DNA of 64,000 nucleotides from a virus. Shown in pieces: positions 40,092-51,600 of the stretch. A program made the position numbers and the translations under genes. Under the pieces are notes generated by a model. The model had not been told where the DNA came from, did not search any database, and was given only the letters and a program-made list of their open reading frames with translations. Numbering within the stretch: position 1 is the first letter of the stretch; the number at the start of each line of letters is the position of its first letter. Location: positions 126,866 to 190,865 of the IMG/VR virus record IMGVR_UViG_3300021364_003460; one strand, 5' to 3'.

Positions 40092-41474
40092 AGGAAACCC
40101 TAACAAGTCTTTAATATAATTTCTTTCAGCTTCAGTCTTATTAAGTTGGTAAGGTTCAAACAAGTTTTTAATACCATCTAATATAGTTTTAAGTTCAGTG
40201 TCTCTAGCTGGCTTACATTGAATAGTTCCTGGATGCAGTGCTTCAGGAATTAATCTAGCATCAAAGTTGTATTGGATAAGTTGTAAGATAGCCTGGTTAA
40301 GTATATGCTCTACAACAAAGTCAAACAAACTAGCAATCATTTTATTAAACTGCTCAATTTGTCTTTCTGAAGTACCTCCACTACCTAAGCCTCCTATATT
40401 GTCTTTCATAATAAGGTTAGGTAGTCCCAAAATAGCTCTCATGTTATCATCACATAAGTCAATAGCATTGATAAAACTATCTGAGAAGTTATTACCTGTA
40501 GTCAATGCTCCTACTTCAACAGGTTGGTCTTTTGATAACTGAGTAAATACTAATGCAGATTCATTCTCTACTCCATCTTGTAACATCTCTGTTACTTTTT
40601 CCTGCATGCTCTTAGGTCTTACTTCCCCATCAGGCTCAGTAATCATTTCATCTGTAGCAGTAGGCGGAACTTTAACATAGATAAGTGGAGTAGCATATCT
40701 CATAGAAGCCTTAAATAAGATTTCTACAAAGGCGTGTTTATAGAGATACCAATAAAGACAAGCATTGATTAAAGACTTACCATAAAGGTTAGTAGCCTCA
40801 GACCTATAAGCCATGTATACTCTTTTACTTCTAGGTAGTCTTACTAAACTACCTACAGTATCAGTATTCTTAGATTTAGCTAGTTGAGGTACTTTATGTG
40901 GAGGTAGTGGAACCCAGACACCTGATTTGTAGACTTTATCATATACCTGCTCACCATCTTTTAGTATTCCATAGTCATTGGGTACTAAAGTTACTTGCAG
41001 TGGGTGGAAACTAATAAGATCATCTATCCAAGTTTGTGTCTCTTCATTTTTACCTATCTTTTGCATCCAGTTGATTTCCTGTACAGAATAACCAGACCAT
41101 AATGCAGTTCTTAAAGCATCTCTAACCCATTTCTTTAATTTAGTTTCTATGTTAGCTTGTACAAAGTCATCTATCTGAGAATTAGGGTGTGAATAGTTTC
41201 CTAACCTAGAAATGACTGCTGACTCAATATATTCTAAACCTTGCTTTACTATGGGTTCTTTTTCTCTTAAAGAGTCAAGTGCTACTAACTGATAATAGTT
41301 AGGTTTGTAGGTAGGAAAGTAATTATCAGCTTGTTCATTAGGAGTATATGACCTAGCAAAACCTAGTTGTCTAAATGCAGCAGGCTGTCTTCTATAAACT
41401 GCACTAGTATTGACTGGAGGTTTAGTTTCTAAAGTAGATATGTTTCCTTGAGTTGGATGAAGGTCAACTGCCAT
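40083..41474 (-). CDS. Portal protein (Mu gp29/DUF935-like)
   Basis: ALWSGYSVQEI.W; NLYGKSL...YWY.K; RYATP.IY.K; F...I..CD..M..ILG; AAGGAGG SD. Confidence 0.85.
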   Translation of the reverse strand: MAVDLHPTQGNISTLETKPPVNTSAVYRRQPAAFRQLGFARSYTPNEQADNYFPTYKPNYYQLVALDSLREKEPIVKQGLEYIESAVISRLGNYSHPNSQIDDFVQANIETKLKKWVRDALRTALWSGYSVQEINWMQKIGKNEETQTWIDDLISFHPLQVTLVPNDYGILKDGEQVYDKVYKSGVWVPLPPHKVPQLAKSKNTDTVGSLVRLPRSKRVYMAYRSEATNLYGKSLINACLYWYLYKHAFVEILFKASMRYATPLIYVKVPPTATDEMITEPDGEVRPKSMQEKVTEMLQDGVENESALVFTQLSKDQPVEVGALTTGNNFSDSFINAIDLCDDNMRAILGLPNLIMKDNIGGLGSGGTSERQIEQFNKMIASLFDFVVEHILNQAILQLIQYNFDARLIPEALHPGTIQCKPARDTELKTILDGIKNLFEPYQLNKTEAERNYIKDLLGFPLG

Positions 41475-41566
41475 TAGCTAACCTCCTTACTATTTAATAG
41501 TTTAAGAAGGAAGCTAATTAAAGTTTCCATATTAGTATTATTCATATTGAAGTTTTATAAAACATT

Positions 41567-41585
41567 AGGAGGTAAATAACCTCCT
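41567..41585. terminator. Stem-loop between chaperone GT and portal
   Basis: AGGAGGT-AAATA-ACCTCCT. Confidence 0.4.
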
Positions 41586-41641
41586 TCTTAAAGTGATATT
41601 AAATAGTTTTAACAGAACAAAGATAGTTGATAATAGGGAGT

Positions 41642-42453
41642 TTATCCCATTTGAAATGTTGGTTTAGGCACTGTAGCAAAAGGACTAACATAAGGTGCAG
41701 ATTCCTGATTACCAGATATCTGTTTCATCAAACTATCTTTCTCTTCTTTTTCTTTCTTGTTTCTAGCTTCTATAACTGAAGAGACTGCTTGGTAGATAGC
41801 TTCCTGCCAATAAATATCTTTAGTTAGCCATTTATCTAAGTCCATTCCTGTTTGGTTAGCTACAATAACCCATTTTTCTAAACCTGCACTCTCTTTATAG
41901 TAAGTACCTACACTTTGGATTACTTGAAGTTTAAAACACTCAAACTCATAATCTGTAATGTAAGTATATAAAGATTCTCTTCCTAGTAAGCAGCCTCTAT
42001 ACTTGTAAGTTAAGTCTATTACTGGAGGCAGTAAAGTACCTCCATAATAGTTAGCAAATAGATTTAGCTTGCGCTCTTTCCAGTGGGTTGACTGGGTGCT
42101 GATTTCTTCTGAGTACCAACTAAGCTCTCTCCACTCAGTAGCTTTTTTGCAGCTTCTTTTGCGGTCTCTCTCTTCTCCATATCAGAGAAGTTTAATGCAG
42201 AGAAAATGTCAAAGTAGTAGAAAAAGTCATTTAAGTTCATTTGACCAATCAAAGTAACAGGGTCAATGTTAGCAGGAGTGGGTTCACCATCAATAGCTTC
42301 AATACATCTGATGGCAATCATGTCTTCTGCTGGTACACCTGTTTCTTTATCATAGTTTTTGTAAACTTCACTTTTATCTCTGTAGACTGCTGATCTAAAG
42401 GTAATTACTGCTTTGGAGTTAGGTAACTCAATTTGAAAAGGAGTTGTAGACAT
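41642..42453 (-). CDS. Tail assembly chaperone GT, product of a programmed -1 frameshift (~270 aa)
   Basis: A_AAA_AAG at 42148-42142; the -1 frame is open from there through the 67-aa ORF (MDLDKW...) to TAA at 41642. Confidence 0.75.
42064..42453 (-). CDS. Tail assembly chaperone G (129 aa; start revised to MSTTPFQ)
   Basis: IELP.S...ITFR...D; acidic helical C-terminus; in-frame slippery heptamer near the 3' end. Confidence 0.7.
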   Translation of the reverse strand: MSTTPFQIELPNSKAVITFRSAVYRDKSEVYKNYDKETGVPAEDMIAIRCIEAIDGEPTPANIDPVTLIGQMNLNDFFYYFDIFSALNFSDMEKRETAKEAAKKLLSGESLVGTQKKSAPSQPTGKSAS

Positions 42454-42460
42454 ATTTAAT

Positions 42461-42540
42461 TTTATACTCTTTTTAATAACTGTCTTTAATGTAGAGTTTA
42501 AAAAGAGTATAAAGTAGGCAAACTGTATATTGAGCCTACT
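42461..42540. promoter_or_regulatory. Tandem inverted repeats in the divergent chaperone/giant-gene intergenic region
   Basis: 16-bp perfect IR 42461-42476/42498-42513; 7-bp IR 42513-42519/42534-42540. Confidence 0.55.
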
Positions 42541-42603
42541 AGAACTAATGTAAATTGAGATAGCTTTATCAAAGTAATTAGCACAGCTTTCTCTAATTTC
42601 AGT

Positions 42604-45600
42604 ATGCAAGAACCATATAATTTTGAAGGGATATTTAAAAGTAGAGACAATGATAGTAAACCTAGCTTTCTAAGAGATGTAGTTAGGTTACACACTCATA
42701 ACTCTATGGAAGGTAATAAAGACTTTATCTTAGATAGGGAAGACCAGTTTGAAGGTTTCTTTTCTAAGAACTTTCAAGACCAAATAGAACAAAGAAGTAG
42801 AAACTTAGATTACAACAATAGAGAAAGGCTGACTAGAGAAGCTGTCTTTGAGCATGCTAATTACAGTTTTACAAGTAAACTACTTAACAATGCTAATGGA
42901 GTTATGGGAAGAATGTTTGCTTCTTTTGAGACTCCTAACTTGTTTGATGACTCTGATGAAAGTGAAAGGTTTGGTAGGGAGACTTTACATGAGTTTCTTA
43001 ATATACTAAAAGAGCCTGATGATATTAGAGAAAAGAGAATTAAAGAAAGTGTAGCCCCCAAACCTATAGCTGAAATGAACTATAAGTTTGATAACTACAT
43101 TAACAGTAATATTGAGAATGCTGAAAATGCTAGTAGACATATCAATAAAGATATTAGAGACTTTACTAATAGAGTTAATGCTCAAGACAGTATTATCAAC
43201 TATTTTACTAAAGGAGGACAAACTAGGTCTGTTAAGTTACTAGATAATGTTGGATACATCAACAGACCTGGTATTCTGCCTGCTATAAGTATGATTCATG
43301 ATGCTGAGAGTGAGTTATCTATTAATATCTTCCAGCTACAAAACAAACCTATTATTGACTATCTAACTTCTGACTTAGTTAACAGAGCAGAAGAGATTAG
43401 AAAACAAAGAAGACAGGGTGTTCAAGTTGATAACTTTAAATTCAGACTACAATTAGCTTGGAATGAAGAGTTAGCTAATGATGCTGCTGGTTACAATATC
43501 CTTGGACCTAACTTAACTGCTATTAGAACCTTTCAGAACTTAGCAACTAAGTATGCTGATGCTTTAGATATTACTGTGCAAACACTAGATAGAAGAAATC
43601 ATACTAAATTAATATTCAGTGACCAAGGGGCTTATATCTCTACACAAAACCAAACTGCTCCTGTAGGTAAGTCACTGTATCAAGCTGGTAGTAACTATGA
43701 ATCAGGTAGGTATGTTAGAAATCTACAGATTACTCAAGATAGTACAGTTAGTGAAAGAGGTGAAGCTAAACTCTACCAACAGGTAAAAGAGTTGCAAACT
43801 AAAATGTTTGGGCAGCAAAAGCTACTGCAAACTAATCAACCTAACATTAGTGGACCTGTAGAAACCTATGAGATGATGAGGTCTTCTTTAGATTACCTAC
43901 AAAAGAATAAAGGTAAAGGAGTTAAAGCAGACTTTATATTAGACCAAGTATTTCTCCTTCAATATGACAGTATGTTGTTTGATAAAGTTGCTGAAGGAGA
44001 AATGGGTCCTGAGTCTAAAGGTACTATAAAGAGAGTAATAACAGACTTAGATAAAAAGAAAGCTAAATATAGAGCTGATATACAAGAACCTTTAATGCTG
44101 GCTCTTATAGAAGGTAACGCTCATGTTACTACTGATGTTAGAAATTTTAAGCAAAATGTTCAAGAACCTATCTATACAGAGTTAATGAAATTAGATAGCT
44201 TTAGAGACAGTGGCTATAACTTAGATACCTTCTTAAATGATGATATATCTTTACCTACTGAAGAGAGAATTAGACGAGTAGAGGCTAAAGTAGGTAGTAG
44301 AAGTAGAGCTATCCAATTGTTAGCTATGACTTCTGGTAATATCCAAACAGCTAATGTACCAAGGCAGCACGTTAAAGCCAGTTTACTATACAGAACAAGT
44401 CCTAATGGTATTGAAGGTATAGCTGGTGAACTAAGCAGTTCTAACAGAGGTTTATACTCTATGTCATTAGTAGATAGTGACTTTGAAAGAGATATGACTA
44501 ACAATGAGTTAGGTATGATGTTCTACTCAGAAGACTTTGCTAAGGGACTTAAAGTGACTAAGCAAAGTCCTTACTCTTTAGAAAGTAATGAGGTTACTGA
44601 AGAGTTACAGGAATACACTAAACATTACATTTCTATGAAGTCTGATTTGTCTACAAGAAGAGTAGGTCAACTTGAGTATAGTAATGTTAACAACAGAGCT
44701 GAGTGGGAAAAGGATGTAGATAGAAAGAAACTAGCAAACTTGTTTGATAGCTTAAATGAGATGAACAAGTCTACTGGTGGAGATGCTATGAAAATTAGCT
44801 ATGACTATGATAGCAAAGGTCCTATTTCAATCTTAGTTGACTTAAACAATGGCTTAAAGTATAGGTTTACTGCATTACAAGGTGGAGTTAATAACCAAGG
44901 TTTTATCTATGAAATTAACAAGTCTAAAGTAATAGGTGAATCTGACTTTATTAACCAAAGTTCAGAAAGTATTAGAACTAGCTTTACTGATAATGGTAAT
45001 CCTTTGTTTATAAAAGCAGGTGAGAGGTTAACTCTAACTCCTATACAAACTACTATGTCTATGATTAGTAGTATTAGTTTAGAGGCTTCTCAAATAAGGT
45101 TAATCAGAGCACCCTTAATAGAATACCAAACTCATTATGCTCCAGGTGCAGAAGGTAGTGATAATTTTGATGCTGGTATCTCAAGGTATTTGTTAGCTTT
45201 ATCTGGTTATAGTGATAGAGGTGTTACTGATGTACTTAGCATTGACCAAGGTTCTATTATCAAAGGTGCATTAGAGAACTTACAACTAAGGATGCGTAAT
45301 AGTGATGCTACCTTAGATAAAGTTAGACAGTTTGCTGGTATAGATATTAATAATGAAGATAGACAAGCTAAACTACAATATCTAACTGATTTGATTCAAG
45401 TCTTTGGTAGTGTAAATGCTAATGATAGAAGACTGCTAATTACTGGAGAAGGCTTAGATGGCAGACAGAGTTTAAAGAGATTTATGTCTTCTCTGTTTAG
45501 CAGCCATGAGTATGCTGATGTACTTTATGACTTTATCCAATCTCAAGGAGACCCATTATACCAGCAAGCTACAGCTAATTATGTTAAAGAAGTAAGTAGT

Positions 45601-48600
45601 AGAGTGTTTGACCCTTATCTTAACAGAACTCAGGTTAGTGTATATGGTTCTACTCAAGCATATAGACAAAGACCTCTTTATGGTGTTAATGAAAGAAGAA
45701 CTGCCTTTGGTAGAGGAGTTAATAATGCTGCTCTTAGTAGTCTACAAGGTATGTTTAGATTAGGAGGCTATGCTTTAGCCGCTTCCCCCTTTGACCATAA
45801 TGCTACTGCTGACTTTGGTACTGACTTTAAAAATGGTAGTCTGCTCTTTATTCAGATTACTGGTACTGGAGGTAGTAGAGAAAAGTCAGGTTTAGAATAC
45901 TCTGGATATAATGAGTATGATAACTTGTTACCTTACTATCAGCATAAGAAGATAGGTACTGCTACAGGATTAGATATTATACAAGATGCTGGAGTAGGGT
46001 CTATTATAGATAAACAAAGTGTAACTGACTATAATAAGGCAATCGCCCACTTAGGACTTACTGTAGATTCAGATGACTTACTGCAAGGTAATGACAGGAT
46101 GTTGCTCTTTAACTTTGATGTTAAAAAGAAAGCATCTCAGATACCCCAGCGTATTAAGAATGTTATTGGTAGTAGACCTACTATGGAACTTACTACTCAA
46201 CTACAAGAATTAATAGAGTTAGGTAGCACCAAGTTTGCAGGTCAAGACATTAATAATATAGAAGCATTAAGGTCATCATACTTATCTAATCTTAGAAATA
46301 GAGTAGGAAATAAAGCTAACCTAATCACAGATATGTATGCTGTAGGTATAGAGTTTGGTGGACAGATTAGAGCTACCCTTAGTAATGATGTTGCAGAAGT
46401 TTTAGAATCTATTAGAGAAGATGTAAACACAGAGTTTGAAGGTGTAGATGAAGATACTAAAGCTGAAATATTAAGAGTTAGATTACTAAATGCAGACTTA
46501 TCAGGGCATTCTATTAGAAGCTTTACAGGTAGTTCAAAAAGAACAGGAAACTCATTTGTACTATTCCAACTTAGTGGAGCTTACTCAGATTACTCATTCT
46601 TAAACCCTGAGTTTGGCAGCACTGATACCTTAGATGGGATGCGAACTGGGTTTGCTGATAGAGCGGTTAAAGGTCATCAAGCTAGTAAGTTAAGTAGTCA
46701 AAGGTTGTTAGGTGCAGAAGGTGACTTTAACTTAGCTGATGAACTGCTTATCAAATCAGGTAGCTATATTAAGAGAGATAAAGAGACAGGTTTATTTCAT
46801 GTGTTCTCTTTTGATGAATCTCAGAATACTTATATTAGAGGGCAAGCTATCAGTTCTAGAAAAGAGTTTACTGTAGTTAGAAACCTGTTAGAAGCTGTTA
46901 AAGCAGAGCCTTCAATAGGTAGGTTAGGGGCAGTTAGTAATGCTGCTTCTTTTGAAGGAGAAATGGCTATAGAAATCCTTAGAGATGTAAGAATATTAGA
47001 AGGCGAAGTTACCTCTAATGAAATCAGAACTGAGATAGATTACATAAGAACTGGTAGAAGAGGTGGTAGTGCTAGACAGGAATCTCTATCAGGAGGACTA
47101 GCTAAGATGGTTCCTATTTACCTTTATGATGTAGACAATACTGAGAGAGGTAAAGGTTTACTCAGGCAAATGTTTGAACAATTTGAGAGAACATCAGGAA
47201 GAGTTGGTTCATTTGAAGGTGCAGGTAAACTAAGCTATAGTCAGTTTTATGGGGTAGTTAACCCAAGTAACCTTAAATCTTACTTCTATGAGCATGGTGC
47301 ACAGATACTAATAGATAGTAAGAAGAAAGCTGCACTATTAGGTACTGACGGTAAAACATTAGCTGCTGCTTTAGTAATGTCATTTGGTACTAGTAGATTT
47401 GCTAGTGGAGATAGAAATGGAGTATTAACTCAGTTAGCTAAAGTTGCTGGGAAAGGTCAATTAGGTCAGTTTTATCAAGACCAATATTTACTAAGCTTTT
47501 TACAACATAAAGGAGATGTTACTAAAGTTGGTGAAGGGTTTATTAATAGCTTTGTTGATAAGAAAACTAAAACAGAAAGTATATCCAACCTTCAAGTTAG
47601 AGCATTAGAATACATTGGTTTAGATTTAATCAGAGATGCTCTAACTGGAGCAAATCCTAATGCAGCTAGTGAAATTCAAAAGAGAGTAACAGACTTGTTA
47701 ACTGACACTACTGGGGTAGTAGGTAAAGAGTACCTTAATACAGGTAAAGATAGAGGTAGAGAGATGGCTATTATAGCTGCCTCTTTAGACTACTTTGTAC
47801 AGTTAACTCAAGCACAGGCTCATGATATAGCAGTAGTAAATACTACTAAAGATAGGTCAGCTTATTTGTCTTTAGGAACTATTGGAGGCATGAGCTATGA
47901 AGAATTAATTGAGAGAGAAAATGAAGGATTAAATCAACTAGTCAACCAATTAGGTAGAAGGTCATATACAGTTGGTATGTGGATGAGTTTATCTGGCTCT
48001 CAAAGTAAAGTAGCTATATCTAGTAAACTAGAATCCTTTATTGAAACTCAACATACTATCTTTGAACCTTTCTACACTAACTTAACTAAGTTTCAGAAAG
48101 GTGGTTCATTAGACTCACTTAGACAACTAATGGCAGGTTTCTATGGAGCTATGGCTGGTACTCATACAGGTGAGTTTCTTAATGCTATGTCTGGATTACA
48201 GCAAATAAACTTACTTGATACTAGAAACCCTATCTTTGCTTCTAAAATGGTTGGTTACTATAATGACCCCTTTACTTCAGATGCAGAGTTTAAAGAGTAC
48301 CAAAGAAATTATGAAATGTTTGGGGTGCTGCAATCTTTAGTAAGTAATGAGACAGGAGACACTATTAATGCAGCTTTACTAAAGAAAGTAATAGAAAAGT
48401 ATAGAAAGAATGCTGATGGATTAGACCTAAATCCAGATACCTTAAATACTGAACTTAGTAACCTAATAGAAGCTGCTGAAAACAACCAATTAGGTAGAGT
48501 ACAAGAAATCATTAATCAAGGTTATGAGTACAGTCTTTACCACTTTGAAAGAATGTATGCTGACTTTAGATTAAATCCTGATAAAGGAGATGCTAATGCA

Positions 48601-51600
48601 GGTCAAGCTATCTCTACAGGTTTACAAAGAAGTGCAGGAGCTAAAGGTAGGTTTGCATTCACTTTACCTGTAATGGAGTTTAATGATGATGGTAGTATTA
48701 AAGTTTATAAGAATAGTTTACAGAGAAGTTTCTCTCTAGCAGGTGAAGATTTAAAGATTATTGGTGAAAGCTTTGGTAACGTAGATGCTCCTATTCTTAA
48801 ATCTCAAGCTATCTTATGGCAAGCATTCTCTCCTAATAGTGCAGTAAGCAGGTTATTAGATAGAATCAATGATGGTAAGTCTATTAGTGAAATAGATGTT
48901 AGTGTAGAAGATTATGAAGAAATTATGAGATTCTACATTACAGCTATTAATATGCCTGTTGAGATAACAGAGGCTGTAGGTGTCTATGGTAATAAAATAC
49001 TAGGTAACAAAATAGGGTTTGCAGGAGGTACTACTACACCAGCAGCTTGGTTTATGGGAGGTACTCAAATGAGTATTCTACCTGAAACTATTATGGAGAG
49101 ACATGGTGCTGGTAGTAGTAATAGGAGAGATGCTTATGATAAAGTGTTGCAGCAGATTAAAGGTATAGATGAAACTTCTCAAACTATTTCTAATATAAGT
49201 GAAGATAAAAGAAACTTACAAATACTCAAAAAGTATTATTCTAATAGATTTGTAGACGCTGCTGAAAGAACCCCTTTAATCCAGGAAACTAAATCTAAGC
49301 AATACTTAACATATCTTGCTAGAACTCTTAACAAAGGTATATCAGCAGCGTCTACTTCTGAACTTAATTCATTAATTGAAAAGAGTAAAGAGTTTCAAGA
49401 GAGATTAAGTTTAGCAGGTAATAATGAACTTGAGCTTAATAGAATTATTACTGAAATAGAAGGTGGAATTTCTAATGAATCTAAATACTCTATTGCTTAC
49501 TACAGAAGAAGACTTCAGATTACTAATGTAGATGATAAAGAAAGGTTTGGAGTTAACTTAAATGAAGGTGGAGATCCCTTTGTTGACTTACTAGGTTTAT
49601 ATGAATTAAGAACTCTTAGGGCAGCAGCTATTAGTCAAGGAGGTACTTCTAGTAGGCTTAATGGTGAAGCTTTAGATAAAAGTCTAGAATTTGCTGAAAC
49701 TATGAAGCACTTTTACTCTCCTTTTAGAGGATTAATGATAGGTTCTCAAGCTGATACTAATCTACCTAAAGTTACCCCTGAAGAAATGGCACTTGAAATG
49801 AGAAGAGGTGCTAGTAAGTTAGAGAAAGCATTAGGTCTTAACTTTGATTCCATTAGCGGGTTAGAAAAAACAGCAGGTAAAATTTACTTTGAGAAAGTAA
49901 TAGGTAATATAGAAAACTTTGCTAAGGAAAGAATAGATGAGTTACAAAATAGATATAACTCAGAAGTTAATGGTGAGTTAGCTGAAGGTACTATAAAACG
50001 ACTACAAAAAATGATAGCTGATGTCAAATCTTATGGTAATAGATTAAGTGACGACATGAGTGAATATGATGTTAGAGATATAGCTTTATTACTAACAGGT
50101 GAAGTTGAGAAGTACCATGCTGAAATTAACTTAGGTATTACTCAGTCAATGAGACCTTCTCCTATGGGAGGTTCTTACTTAGGTAGAGCAGTCTATGACA
50201 CCTTTGGATTAGGAGATGTTAATAGATTAATGAGAAGCTGGGAGCTACCTATTAGCTTTACTCCAGGTGGACAAGAAGATGTAGACCACAGAAATAAGAC
50301 TCTTCACTTGTTTAACCCTTATAGCTGGTTAGTCAGTCACCTTGGAGACTTTGATGGAGACATGATAACTAATATGTTCAGAACTACAAGTCAACTAGAC
50401 TTGAGAGTGAGAACTTATGATGCTTCTATTGCTGCTGCTAAAGAAGAATTAATATTACTAGGAAATAAGATAAATGCTACAGTTCCAGATACAGAAGACT
50501 ACACTAAGTTAATTAAAACTAAAAGTGATACTGAAGATAGAATAGTAAACCTTGAGAAACAGAAAGCTGAGTTTAGTAGACTATCTCAGCAAACTAAAGA
50601 CAACACTACTTATAAAGAATATCAAATAGCTGCTGCTAAGTGGGTTGGCAACTACCTTAAAGTAGACTATAGAATGTTTCTAGATGAAAAACATGGTGGT
50701 TACAGATTAGAAAGTCAAGGTAATGTACCTCCAGAAGTATTGTTTACTTACACTGAACAAGGTAGAGGTTTGTTTGGTGGGATGGAAGCTATTGTTACTA
50801 AGTCAATGGATTTGTTTTATGACTTTAGAAAGTTAGCTGAGAATAAGTTGACTCTACAGACTTGGGGAGACGTACAGAATAGATTAGATAATCTTAATGA
50901 TTCTGGTTTAAAAGAACTAATACAAAAAGGTAATTTACCAGATGAACTTAGGGATGAAATCATTAGATTAAGTAGTGACTTTGAAGGAGACACTTTAGGT
51001 AGAGATGCTGCAATAGCTGAATATGTAGCTAGGTTATACAGTAGCCAATCAGGTTTAGAAACCTTACAAAAATACAACTTAAAAGGTATTGATGGATCCG
51101 CTATGACCCCTGACATCTTCATGGCTATGGAGAATACTTTAGGTCAAGCAGGTTCAGTAGTGTTAGGTAAATCATACAACACAATGGTTGGTATGTTGTA
51201 TACTGAGTCTCCTAACTTAGCTTTAAGTTATGCTTTACTAAATGACCCCGATGAGAAACTCCAAACTATTGTCAGGGAAGCTTATGGTGGTGGAGATATA
51301 GGTTTAGCTAAGTACAATGAACTAAAAGATGCTGCACAGCATAGCTTCCTTAAATCTCAGCAGATGGGTGAGTTTCTACAAGCTACTCAACAGATACTTA
51401 GAGATAGTATTAAGCCTAAAGATGCTGCTTTGTTTATTAAAGAGTTAGAAGAAGCTTTATTGAAGTATAGAAGTATAGAGGATGCTGATAAGAAACAGGA
51501 AGCTTACACTGAAATAGTTAACAAGTTTGGTCCAGGTAAAGGTTTAAAAGCTCTTATTCAAATGGAGTCTTTAGTACAAGATTTAACTATACTTAATAAT

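Noticed and set aside
42454-42609. ORF-track start at 42609 for the chaperone
   Set aside because: The extension overlaps the giant gene's start and crosses the IR region; ATG at 42453 is more plausible
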